From the IMG/VR virus record IMGVR_UViG_2643221942_000002, positions 1,958 through 65,957 of that record: a stretch of 64,000 bases of DNA; one strand, given 5' to 3'. This DNA is from a virus (Duplodnaviria; Caudoviricetes). Of the stretch, positions 18,731 to 27,647 are shown piece by piece. The notes under the pieces were generated by a model. The model was not told where the DNA came from and ran no database searches. It worked only from the letters and a program-made list of their open reading frames with translations. The position numbers and the translations under genes are program-made. Positions within the stretch are counted from its first letter, which is position 1; every line of letters begins with the position of its first letter.

Positions 18731-19134
18731 GCATCGACAAACAAGAACTCCAGAAGCTGCTGTGGGCCGAGGCGGCGTCGTACCGTGCCGACTGCGCAGA
18801 CTGGAAGCGCAACACTGAGGCGCTGCAAGAATTCCTCGGGGAAAAGACCGTGGAGGAGGTGGCGCTGGAGCTGCTGGCTGACACCGAGGCGATTCGCAAG
18901 GATCTCGAATCACACAAGCGCATGCTTCTGGCGGCCGTTTGCGACCTTGACGCGATTGGCGAAGCACTCAAGTCCGACATGGACGCAGACGGCGATGAGT
19001 TGCTCGGCATGGTCATCGACCTGAAAGCACAGAACACCCGAATGCTGGGGTGGCTCAAGGACATTAGCCGCACCTCCGGCGGCAAAGGTGCCGTCATGGG
19101 TGCGCGCCAATTGCTCAAGGAGTTCGGGCAATGA
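18727..19134 (+). CDS. Phage hypothetical protein
   Basis: Coupled ORF. Confidence 0.65.
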   Translation: MSIDKQELQKLLWAEAASYRADCADWKRNTEALQEFLGEKTVEEVALELLADTEAIRKDLESHKRMLLAAVCDLDAIGEALKSDMDADGDELLGMVIDLKAQNTRMLGWLKDISRTSGGKGAVMGARQLLKEFGQ

Positions 19135-19529
19135 TCGAATTCCCAATCCGCAGCCAGCGCGATATCAGCCGCCTCATGGGCGTCCTGCATGCAACCGACT
19201 TCACCAAACCCAAGATCGTGGTCATCAAGGACGAGAAGCGCCCTGACGTCTGCAACCGCAAGATGTGGGCAATGCTCAAGGACGTATCAGAGCAGGTGGT
19301 CTGGCACGGCAAGAAGCTGACCAGTGAGGACTGGAAGTGCCTTTTCAGTGCCTCGCTGGAGAAGCAGCGTGCGGAGCCTGGCCTTGATGGTGGCTTCGTG
19401 GTGATGGCCGTATCGACCCGCAAGCAGTCGCAGAAGTGGTTCAGCGATCTGTTCGAGCTGATGCATGCCTTCGGTGCCGAGCATGACGTGCGCTGGACTG
19501 AGCAGGACAAGTGGGGAGGGCGGTATTGA
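19131..19529 (+). CDS. ninB: NinB recombination protein
   Basis: NRKMWAMLKDVSEQVVWHGKKL..EDWK..F; PGLDGGFV. Confidence 0.88.
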   Translation: MIEFPIRSQRDISRLMGVLHATDFTKPKIVVIKDEKRPDVCNRKMWAMLKDVSEQVVWHGKKLTSEDWKCLFSASLEKQRAEPGLDGGFVVMAVSTRKQSQKWFSDLFELMHAFGAEHDVRWTEQDKWGGRY

Positions 19530-20128
19530 TGCGCACTGCCCTCAAGGATGCGAAGCAGAAAACCTGCAAGGCCTGCGGCGAGAAGTTCGCCCCGTTGTTC
19601 AACACCACACAGGTGGTATGCAGTCCGAAATGCGCGCTGGCTCACGCGCCGGCAAACACCGAGAAAGCCCGCAAGGCGATCAACCAGCGCGACCGCCGCG
19701 AGATCCAGGTGCGCAAGGAGAAGCTGAAGAGCAGGGCGGATCACCTGCGCGAAGCCCAGGCAGCTGTGAACGAGTACGTCCGCCTGCGTGACGCGCACCT
19801 GCCATGCATCAGCTGCGATTCGATGCCGAACGACAACGACCTGATGACGGGCAGTCGCTGGGACGCCGGCCACTACCGATCCGTCGGCGCCTGTCCTGAG
19901 CTGCGCTTCGAGCCGCTCAATATTCACCGCCAGTGTGTGAAGTGCAACCGCAACCTGTCCGGTAACGCCGTCGAGTACCGCATCCGATTGGTGCTGCGCA
20001 TCGGCGCCGAAACCGTGGCATGGCTCGAAGGGCCTCATGAGCCCCGCAAGTACACCGTCGAAGAAATCAAAACCATCAAGGCCGAATACCGGGCCAAGAC
20101 CCGAGAACTGAAGAGGGCTGCAGCATGA
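19529..20128 (+). CDS. ninG: NinG (Rap) recombination endonuclease
   Basis: YVRLRD..PCISC; WDAGHYRSVGA.PELRF; QCVKCN. Confidence 0.92.
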   Translation: MRTALKDAKQKTCKACGEKFAPLFNTTQVVCSPKCALAHAPANTEKARKAINQRDRREIQVRKEKLKSRADHLREAQAAVNEYVRLRDAHLPCISCDSMPNDNDLMTGSRWDAGHYRSVGACPELRFEPLNIHRQCVKCNRNLSGNAVEYRIRLVLRIGAETVAWLEGPHEPRKYTVEEIKTIKAEYRAKTRELKRAAA

Positions 20129-20805
20129 ACTACCACAACGTGATTTCCGCAGTAGTCCGGGCCTTGGCAGCCGAGACGATCAACAGTTCCGGCGGATGCA
20201 ACGTCGAGCCCCGGGTGCAGGCCAGCAAGCTCAAGGGCGAGATATCCGGGAAGGATGCCGCGCTGTTGGCTGACTGCATCGTGCACAGGCTCCTGCACGC
20301 CCAGCTTTCCCCTAGGCACTGGAACGCCCTCGTCGCCAAGTACAGCACCCACCGTGGCCGCAAGATCGATTCCATCGGCCGGCTGGTCGCCGTGGTGAAG
20401 ACACCGGCACCGCAGCGCTTCACTCAGCAGGCAGTTCTCGTTTGGGCTGTACCGCAGCAGGTGAAGGGCATTCAGCGAGCGGTAACCCAGATCAAGGCGC
20501 CGAAGCACCGGGAGAACAAGGAGCAGGGGCAGTGGGATTGGCGCAACGCGGCAGCAGACGCTGACGTTGCCCGGGCCAACAAGCATGCGCGCGCCGTAGC
20601 AGAGGACAAGCCCGGCGAGATGATCGTCCTGGCCGACTCGAACTACGACATGACGAACTGGGATTCCCAAGGACTTACAGAGCGCACTTACCAGCGCTGG
20701 AACAAGACCATCAAGGATGGGCTGGAGTCACTTGTGAACGAGGCCCTGGTCGAGGCGCAACACATGCTTGAAGCAGTCGGAGTGCTGGAAGGCGAGGCGG
20801 CATAA
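20125..20805 (+). CDS. Putative late antiterminator (Q position)
   Basis: Last nin-region gene before the late promoter and terminator; called on position. Confidence 0.5.
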   Translation: MNYHNVISAVVRALAAETINSSGGCNVEPRVQASKLKGEISGKDAALLADCIVHRLLHAQLSPRHWNALVAKYSTHRGRKIDSIGRLVAVVKTPAPQRFTQQAVLVWAVPQQVKGIQRAVTQIKAPKHRENKEQGQWDWRNAAADADVARANKHARAVAEDKPGEMIVLADSNYDMTNWDSQGLTERTYQRWNKTIKDGLESLVNEALVEAQHMLEAVGVLEGEAA

Positions 20806-20824
20806 AATAGTCCCTCAAAAGGGC

Positions 20825-20925
20825 TTGCAATGTCATGTCGCCATGTCGCATTATTCACCCATCCTGTCATTCCTGCGTGTGTAGGAGTGACGAACGAAAC
20901 CCGGCCACCGTGCCGGGTTTTTTAT
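20825..20925 (+). promoter_or_regulatory. pR'-like late promoter and tR'-like terminator
   Basis: TTGCAA -35-like hexamer with ATGTCGC repeats in the spacer; CCCGGC-CACCGT-GCCGGG hairpin plus T-tract. Confidence 0.55.
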
Positions 20926-20957
20926 TGTCCAAAGAAAACCACCAGAAGGAATGCCGA

Positions 20958-21248
20958 ATGGTTAAGCGACTCTCTGCTTATCTGGGGCTGGCGCTCGCCG
21001 CCTGCCTGTCCTGTTTCTCCATGTCGGCGCTCGCCGAGCCACTGACTAGAGCTTACCGCGTCGCATACGTGGTGGCTGAGCCGCAAGGTGTTGCGCTGCA
21101 ACGCATGGAGCTGACCCTCGCCATGTGGCGAACGGGTAGCCAGTCCGGTGATGATGGCTTGGCCTCTAATCTGCGCGCATCCAGCAATCACTTCGTGATG
21201 ACCTCGGCCAAGGCTGCACCTGATGGTGTCGGTCTGACCCCCTGCTGA
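20958..21248 (+). CDS. Signal-peptide hypothetical protein
   Basis: MVKRLSAYLGLALAACLSCFSMSALA; followed by a terminator at about 21266-21297. Confidence 0.55.
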   Translation: MVKRLSAYLGLALAACLSCFSMSALAEPLTRAYRVAYVVAEPQGVALQRMELTLAMWRTGSQSGDDGLASNLRASSNHFVMTSAKAAPDGVGLTPC

Positions 21249-21354
21249 ATACGCCTGGAAGCAACAAAAAAGCCCGGACATATGCGCCGGGCTTTTGTAC
21301 CGCTGAGGAAAGCCGCTACTCAAGTGGATGCTTTCCCAGATGTACCAAGTTTCA

Positions 21355-21555
21355 CCTGTAGCCAGGACAGCCCTCGGGAAGGCCTGGACGTCGATAGCCG
21401 GATAGTACGACGCACGGATCAACGCCGGCAGCCCGCGCACTCTGACCTCACAATGCTTTCAGGGTGGCGCGAGACAGGAACAGCGAGATCGATGCAAAGG
21501 GGCGTCGACGCTGGGATGGTCTTTGGCCGACAGCTCGGAAAGACGAGCGCACCTA
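21355..21555 (+). ncRNA. Candidate multi-stem structured ncRNA
   Basis: Consecutive stems CCAGG/CCTGG, GCCGG/CCGGC, CACTCTGA/TCAGGGTG, TCGATGC/GCGTCGA, GCTCG-GAAAGA-CGAGC. Confidence 0.4.
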
Positions 21556-21785
21556 TTCAGGGCCTCTGCATTCGCAGGGGCCTTTTTATACCCGACAGAA
21601 ACAAAAAAGCCCCGACAGATTCGGGGCTTTTCGTTCTAGCGCGGGAAAAAGAGAGGGCGACCCCAGAGGGTGCGGTAACACCCAAGGGAGACGCCAGATC
21701 GCAGAACCAGCCTGCAAGCCAGCCAAGGCCCTCACTGCTCGCGCGAGCGGGGCGGAGCCTAGCAGAAAACGACAAGGCTTTGCAG

Positions 21786-21971
21786 ATGCTTAAAGATTGC
21801 AGATGTGGAAAGTGCAACAGACTTCTCGCCCGCGTGGGTGAGTTTACCGAGCTCCAGATCAAATGCTCCCGATGCGGGACGTTGAATCATGAGAAGGCCA
21901 CGAGCCTTGAGCGATCGCCTTTGAGCGACATGAAAGCGGAATCCTCCGCGAACATTCATTCGACTCAATAG
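21786..21971 (+). CDS. com: Com family zinc-finger translational regulator
   Basis: RCGKCNRLLAR...LQIKCSRCGTLN is the Mu Com signature. Confidence 0.85.
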   Translation: MLKDCRCGKCNRLLARVGEFTELQIKCSRCGTLNHEKATSLERSPLSDMKAESSANIHSTQ

Positions 21972-21979
21972 GTACTCAT

Positions 21980-22834
21980 ATGGCTATTCCAGCACGCATT
22001 CCGTTCGCACAGAACGGTACCTCTACTTTGCTGCCGAAACATGAGATGACTTGGAATCAGTATTTGGATTCGCCCAACAAGCGCTTCCGATTGATTCTCC
22101 AGGCTGACTCGAATCTGGTCCTCTACGATGGTCAGACTGCAGTTTGGTCTGCGCAAGACGGACAGCCCTACATCACGTACGGTAACAAGGTCTACGAAAA
22201 TACCCCGACCTCCTTCTATATTCTGTACTACGCAATCTTGAAAGATCGCGAGCACGTTCGCACTTGGTCGACCTTCAATAGTACTCCGCCGAATCGCGAT
22301 GAAACTGCTGCTTCCGAGCGCACTTATCTGCGCGTGCAAAATGACGGCAATATCGTCATTACAGACTCCATCTCGATCTGGAGCAGTAATCCGGCGATTC
22401 CTCAGTCACCTGGCGCCGAAGACTCGATCATCATTGCTCCTGGCACTACTCTGGAGCGCGACAAAAAGTATGTGTCCGGTGGCACGACTTTCATCTTCCA
22501 AACCGATGGGAATCTAGTGATCTCTAATGGTCCGCTGGGTGTGTTGTGGGCCAGTTGGACTCAGAACAAGGGTGCCGAAAGGGCGGTTATGCAAACCGAT
22601 GGCAACCTGGTTATTTACGGAGCAAATTACTCAGTGCTTTGGCACAGTGGTACTGGCGGTAATCCAGGGGCAATTCTGCGCGTTCAAGCGAATGGTAACT
22701 TGTCCATCGTGCAAGAAAAGCCGGTCTGGGCACGCTTCGGCTACACCCCTACGCTGGTACCGAAAAATGTGTTCTACCCAGATCACACGACTGGGCCACT
22801 GCCGACCTTCAAGGATTTCATCTGGACGTTCTGA
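21980..22834 (+). CDS. llpA: Lectin-like bacteriocin, LlpA / putidacin L1 family
   Basis: Tandem B-lectin domains with QxDxNxVxY repeats; colinear with putidacin L1 as recalled (QYL.SPN.RF.L.LQ, EKPVWARFG, terminal WTF). Confidence 0.92.
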   Translation: MAIPARIPFAQNGTSTLLPKHEMTWNQYLDSPNKRFRLILQADSNLVLYDGQTAVWSAQDGQPYITYGNKVYENTPTSFYILYYAILKDREHVRTWSTFNSTPPNRDETAASERTYLRVQNDGNIVITDSISIWSSNPAIPQSPGAEDSIIIAPGTTLERDKKYVSGGTTFIFQTDGNLVISNGPLGVLWASWTQNKGAERAVMQTDGNLVIYGANYSVLWHSGTGGNPGAILRVQANGNLSIVQEKPVWARFGYTPTLVPKNVFYPDHTTGPLPTFKDFIWTF

Positions 22835-23044
22835 TGTTGGCATGACGCCGGAACTAAAGGGCGTCGAGAGATCCTTCATTTGCTAAACCGCGCGGGTTCG
22901 CCCGCGCATCTATTCGAGGCTTCTGCAATCGCGGGAGCTTTTTCATTTTCGGCTCCCCACACCCATAGCCCCGAGCTGGGAGTGCAGCGGACGCCGACCT
23001 ATTTGCACTGGCCTGACGGGTCAGCTTTTCATGATGGAGTTGCG

Positions 23045-23416
23045 ATGGATCCTACTGACCTCGGCCCAGGCACAGCTACCTGGCTGGGCGGTACCGGAAC
23101 CGTGTTGCTGGCCGGCTTCCTTTGGCTGCGTAAATTCCTCTCGAAGGATGCTGCTGACAGGGCGATGGATAACGCCGACATTTTCACGCTTCGGCGGCTG
23201 AATGAGCTTCTGGACTCCGAGCGTGTTGCACGGAAGGAAGCTGAAGCCCGCGCTGACCAGTTCGCCAAAGAGCGCAACGAGCTTGCCGCAGCGGTAGGCC
23301 GGATGGAGGGGAAGATCGAAGCCCTCACAAGCCAAGTCGCACAGCTCACCGCAACGGTTACCTCGCAGAGCGAAGAAATCGCCCGCCTGCGTACCAAGCT
23401 GGGAGGCATCAACTGA
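23045..23416 (+). CDS. Single-TM coiled-coil protein, putative holin-like
   Basis: Lysis-cassette position; N-terminal TM. Confidence 0.5.
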   Translation: MDPTDLGPGTATWLGGTGTVLLAGFLWLRKFLSKDAADRAMDNADIFTLRRLNELLDSERVARKEAEARADQFAKERNELAAAVGRMEGKIEALTSQVAQLTATVTSQSEEIARLRTKLGGIN

Positions 23417-23754
23417 TGGACAGATGCGCTATGGAATTCATTGCTCGCCGCTGGTGGCGTCGGGCAGAAGTGTGGGTCATCGCCGCGCTGCTGCTGGCCG
23501 GCGGCCTGATCCTTGGTTACCAGGCTGGCGTGTGGTCAGCCAGCGGTGAGCAGACCAAGCAGCTCGCCGAAGTTCGCCGTGCTTATGACGCTGCGCTGGG
23601 CAAGCGAGACGTTCGCCTCAACAGTCTGGCCGAGAAGACGCAGGACGCGGCAGTAAAGGTGCAAGAGGCATCGAACTCAGCAGTCCAGGCAGCCGATACC
23701 GCGAGCAAGGCAGCGGAGAAGGTCAACGAAGCCGTAGAGCGGCAGACCCCGTGA
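23416..23754 (+). CDS. Single-TM coiled-coil protein
   Basis: Coupled to both neighbours. Confidence 0.6.
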   Translation: MDRCAMEFIARRWWRRAEVWVIAALLLAGGLILGYQAGVWSASGEQTKQLAEVRRAYDAALGKRDVRLNSLAEKTQDAAVKVQEASNSAVQAADTASKAAEKVNEAVERQTP

Positions 23755-24251
23755 ACGCGTTGCTGAAGCTGGTTCCTGCGTGGGTGTGGGTAGTGCTGGC
23801 AGCGCTCGCAGCTGTCGGTTACCTATCGCTGCGTCTCGATAGCGTGAAGGACGATCGAGCAACCATAACCGCCGAGCGCGACACCGCGACCGCTCGAGTG
23901 GATTCGCTGACCAACACGCTGCGCATTCAGCGCGAGATCACCAATGACATCAACCGAGTCTCCGACGATGCGAAAGCCAAGACTGAGCATGTATCGGCTG
24001 CCGTTGTTGTTGCTGATAACCGGGCTCGCAGCCTGCAGCAGCAAATTACCGACCTCCTCGCAAAGCGAAAGTCTTGTGCTGCCGAGGTTGCCAGCGGAAG
24101 CCAGGCAAGAGCCGACCTTACCGTTCTGCTCGCCGACCTGCGTAGAAGCGCTGACGAAGAAGCGGGAAGACTGGCAGAAGCGCTTGATCGAAGCCGAATA
24201 GCTGGATTGGCGTGTGAGGCTGCATACACCGCCGCACAGAGGAGCAAGTAG
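23751..24251 (+). CDS. DUF2514 / Rz-like inner-membrane spanin
   Basis: N-terminal TM; LADL..RADE.AG.LA..LDR.RIAG.ACE motif. Confidence 0.8.
   Translation: MNALLKLVPAWVWVVLAALAAVGYLSLRLDSVKDDRATITAERDTATARVDSLTNTLRIQREITNDINRVSDDAKAKTEHVSAAVVVADNRARSLQQQITDLLAKRKSCAAEVASGSQARADLTVLLADLRRSADEEAGRLAEALDRSRIAGLACEAAYTAAQRSK
23968..24201 (+). CDS. Rz1-like outer-membrane lipoprotein embedded in +1 frame
   Basis: LLLLITGLAAC lipobox; Pro-rich; nested in the Rz-like gene. Confidence 0.65.
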   Translation: MRKPRLSMYRLPLLLLITGLAACSSKLPTSSQSESLVLPRLPAEARQEPTLPFCSPTCVEALTKKREDWQKRLIEAE

Positions 24252-24305
24252 GTCGCGACACGTTTCGCGAATCAGCAAATTGTGTCGCGATCTGACACTA
24301 AATAG

Positions 24306-24794
24306 TTAGAGCTTACCCTGTGTTTTGAGACTACTGAGCAGCTGAAAAAGCTTGTTGAAGCGTTCTTTCAGCTGGTCATTGTGAGTCTCTAAAAAGACCT
24401 CAAACTTCTGGATGTCAGTGGCAGTTACGGATTCCTCTCGTACTCGAAATCCTTCTGGCTGATCTACAAAAAGATTTCGTTCTATTTCTACGCTTTGCTG
24501 GTCTCTATCCAGCAAAACCTTCGCTAGAAAAACAGTCGAATCGATAACTCTGTGGAGTGGGATCTCCTCAGACTGCCGTGACCATTGGTCTCTGTAGCGC
24601 ATGATTTTGAGGGATAGATCGTCGTGACCCCATTGCGACAATCCAACTGATAGATATCGTGCGTCAGTGTTTTTACGATAGATGCCATCGAATGGTTGGT
24701 ATGGCATTGCGTAAATCGGTTGGTGCTCAAGGTGCTGTGGTAGCGGTGGAGTAATTTTGTAGTTGTTCTTACCGCCAAACTCTTCGATAGGCAT
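24306..24794 (-). CDS. DUF6530-like moron
   Basis: LSVGLSQW..D.S.KI.RY..WSRQSEEIPLHRVID. Confidence 0.65.
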   Translation of the reverse strand: MPIEEFGGKNNYKITPPLPQHLEHQPIYAMPYQPFDGIYRKNTDARYLSVGLSQWGHDDLSLKIMRYRDQWSRQSEEIPLHRVIDSTVFLAKVLLDRDQQSVEIERNLFVDQPEGFRVREESVTATDIQKFEVFLETHNDQLKERFNKLFQLLSSLKTQGKL

Positions 24795-24874
24795 CCTCTG
24801 CCATTCCTTATGCTGATGAGTGGTGACGCTAGGTAGGTGTGCCGCAGGTGAGCACGGCACTGCACTCTAACCGC

Positions 24875-25150
24875 TTAACGCTGGCTAGCGTTTGGGAAAA
24901 ACGTGCATGCGACAATAGGCAGGCTATCCGCCTTGCACTGCATGGCTTTGTCGTAAGTCGGCTGAAGGCCACTACCGCAGATGAAGCCCATCACGGCTGC
25001 TAGTACTAGATAGACTTTCGGGCGCTCTTTAGGAGGCGTTGTGTTGTCTGCATATGCGACAAAACGGCGAAGTTGGCGCGCGACTAAGTAGAGTGCGCAC
25101 ATGGCAAGCGGTAGAACAAAGCTAAGAAGCCCGATTTTGAAGCTAAACAT
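24875..25150 (-). CDS. Small membrane protein moron
   Basis: Two hydrophobic segments; antisense to the late operon. Confidence 0.5.
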   Translation of the reverse strand: MFSFKIGLLSFVLPLAMCALYLVARQLRRFVAYADNTTPPKERPKVYLVLAAVMGFICGSGLQPTYDKAMQCKADSLPIVACTFFPNASQR

Positions 25151-25222
25151 AAAAGTACCTCTGTTGAATTGGATCCACATCAATACCGGCGTTTGGCCAC
25201 TGTTTCAAGCACAAGGTGAGTC

Positions 25223-25846
25223 ATGAGCAGGCCATACCCTCCGACGTCGTTGTTCGAGCTGTCAGAGCTATCCGACTTTGGGATCCGCCTGACCCCAGCT
25301 CCTGAAGTATGGGAATGGCTCCAAGCCGAGATCCTCGCCGACACCGGCAGCATCCACAACGAAGACCATGCCCATCTGATCGATGCGGACATTCGTGTGA
25401 TGTGGGCGTCTGCCGCTTTCACGAAGAAGGGGCGTACGGTCGTTGGCCAGGCCGAACAGGTAGCGTTCCGCGCTGGTGGCTGGCAGAAGGCCCGAATGGA
25501 GCAACAGATGCTGGACTGGTTCGGCGATGTGCCGGCCTACATCATCACCCTGGCTGCCGATTACTGCGCTCAGTGCAGCGACGCTGACTTCTGCGCACTA
25601 GTCGAGCATGAGCTGTACCACATCGCTCAGGCGACCGATCAGTACGGCGCACCCAAGTTCACCCAGGAAGGATTACCCAAGCTTGAGATGCGCGGACACG
25701 ACGTTGAAGAGTTCGTCGGTGTGGTGCGTCGATATGGGGCGAGCCCTCAAGTGCAAGAGCTGGTGGACGCTGCAAACAATCCTGCTGAGGTGGGGAAATT
25801 GAACATATCGAGGGCCTGCGGAACCTGTCTGCTCAAGTCGGCCTGA
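25223..25846 (+). CDS. Putative phage metallopeptidase
   Basis: LVEHELYH and HDVEEF motifs. Confidence 0.85.
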   Translation: MSRPYPPTSLFELSELSDFGIRLTPAPEVWEWLQAEILADTGSIHNEDHAHLIDADIRVMWASAAFTKKGRTVVGQAEQVAFRAGGWQKARMEQQMLDWFGDVPAYIITLAADYCAQCSDADFCALVEHELYHIAQATDQYGAPKFTQEGLPKLEMRGHDVEEFVGVVRRYGASPQVQELVDAANNPAEVGKLNISRACGTCLLKSA

Positions 25847-25876
25847 CTTTGACAGTACTTTGACGGATGCCCACTT

Positions 25877-26353
25877 ATGGCCGCACTCAGAGACGAGGTG
25901 AAAGCCTTTGTCGTACAGGCTCTCGCCTGCTTTGACACGCCATCTCAAGTGGTGGCGTCCGTCAAAGAAAGATTCGGGCTCGAAGTTACCCGCCAACAGT
26001 GCGAGGCATACGACCCAACCAAGTACGTTGGACGCAACCTGCACGTGAAGTGGCAGACGCTATTCAACGACACCCGCAAGAGGTTCCGCGAAGAGACGGC
26101 AGAGATCCCGATCGCCAACCGAGCGTATCGACTTCGCACCTTGGGACGAATGGCCGAGAAGGCCGAGAACATGAAGAACATGGCGCTGACTGCCCAGTTG
26201 CTGGAGCAGGCAGCCAAAGAAGTGGGCGACGTTTACGTGAATCGTCGCCTCGAACCTGAAAAACCTCTGGGTTCCCAAGCGGACCAGCAGCACGCCGTTG
26301 CTGAGTACACCCTGGAGCCTGATGAGAATGTCCCCGCTACCCCGTACCTATGA
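25877..26353 (+). CDS. DUF2280 protein, probable terminase small subunit
   Basis: VQALACFDTPSQV, YDPTK, IPIANRAYRL; precedes TerL. Confidence 0.82.
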   Translation: MAALRDEVKAFVVQALACFDTPSQVVASVKERFGLEVTRQQCEAYDPTKYVGRNLHVKWQTLFNDTRKRFREETAEIPIANRAYRLRTLGRMAEKAENMKNMALTAQLLEQAAKEVGDVYVNRRLEPEKPLGSQADQQHAVAEYTLEPDENVPATPYL

Positions 26354-27647
26354 CCCGCCGGTAAAGCTGACGCCGAAGCAGGCGAACATTTACTGCTGGG
26401 GCTTCCAGCCTCAGGCGCGCTTCCGCGATGCGGTGTGTGGTCGCCGGTTCGGCAAGACGTTCTTGGGCAAAGCTGAGATGCGCCGAGCTGCTCGGCTGGC
26501 TGCTGAGTGGGGTGTAAGCGTCGAGGACGAGATCTGGTACGGTGCGCCGACCTTCAAGCAGGCCAAGCGCGTGTTCTGGCGTCGGCTGAAGCAGGCAATC
26601 CCTGAAGCGTGGCGTGCACACCGTCCGAACGAAACGGAATGCTCAATCACGCTCAAGTCTGGCCACGTCATGCGCGTGGTAGGGCTCGACAACTACGACA
26701 ACTTGCGCGGCTCCGGTCTGTTCTTCGTCCTAGTGGATGAATGGGCTGACTGTCCATGGGAGGCTTGGGAAGAGGTTTTGCGGCCGATGCTTTCGACCTG
26801 CCAATACTCGATACCGGGCATCGGCATGCGGAAGGGTGGTCACGCGCTACGCATCGGCACGCCCAAGGGATTCAATCACTGCTACGACACGTTTCAAGAC
26901 GGCCGGCCGGGGCATGAGCCTGATCACAAGAGCTGGCTCTACACCTCGCTCGATGGCGGCAACGTTCCGGCTGAAGAGCTGGATGCGGCGCGCCGCAAGA
27001 TGGACCCTCGCACCTTTCGGCAGGAATACGAAGCCAGCTTTGAGAACTACGCGGGTGTCGTCTATTACACGTTCAATCGTGAGGCGAACCGCACCAGCGA
27101 AACGATAAGGCGCGGCGAGGCCCTGCACATCGGCATGGACTTCAACGTCATGAAGATGGCGGCAGTCGTGCACGTCATTCGAGATGACCTGCCACTGGCG
27201 CTCAGCGAGTTTTCAGATGTGCGTGACACGCCTGAGATGATCGAGAAGATCAAGCTCCGCTTTCCTGACCACAGCATTGCGATCTACCCGGACGCCAGCG
27301 GCCAGAACACAAGCAGCAAGAGCGCAAGCGAATCCGACTTGTCATTGCTGAAAAAGGCTGGTTTTACCGTAGTGGTGGATTCGACCAACCCCGCTGTGAA
27401 GGACCGGGTCAACGCCATGTGCGCGATGTTCGCCAATACCTACGGCGAGCATCGATATCTGGTCAACGTCGACCAGTGTCCGAAATACACGCAGTGCCTG
27501 GAGCGCCAGATTTACACGGACAAGGGCGAGCCCGATAAGAAGGCCGGCTACGACCACTTGGTGGATGCCCCTGGCTACTTCATTGCCAAGCGGTACCCGA
27601 TCAAAACACGCACAGGCGGAACACGCCGAATTGGAGGCTTGGCCTGA
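26328..27647 (+). CDS. Terminase large subunit
   Basis: CGRRFGKT Walker A, VLVDE Walker B, GMDFN and DHLVDA nuclease motifs. Confidence 0.95.
   Translation: MSPLPRTYDPPVKLTPKQANIYCWGFQPQARFRDAVCGRRFGKTFLGKAEMRRAARLAAEWGVSVEDEIWYGAPTFKQAKRVFWRRLKQAIPEAWRAHRPNETECSITLKSGHVMRVVGLDNYDNLRGSGLFFVLVDEWADCPWEAWEEVLRPMLSTCQYSIPGIGMRKGGHALRIGTPKGFNHCYDTFQDGRPGHEPDHKSWLYTSLDGGNVPAEELDAARRKMDPRTFRQEYEASFENYAGVVYYTFNREANRTSETIRRGEALHIGMDFNVMKMAAVVHVIRDDLPLALSEFSDVRDTPEMIEKIKLRFPDHSIAIYPDASGQNTSSKSASESDLSLLKKAGFTVVVDSTNPAVKDRVNAMCAMFANTYGEHRYLVNVDQCPKYTQCLERQIYTDKGEPDKKAGYDHLVDAPGYFIAKRYPIKTRTGGTRRIGGLA

Noticed and set aside
21282-21971. 229-aa ORF as one protein
   Set aside because: It crosses terminators and structured RNA; only the last 61 codons match Com
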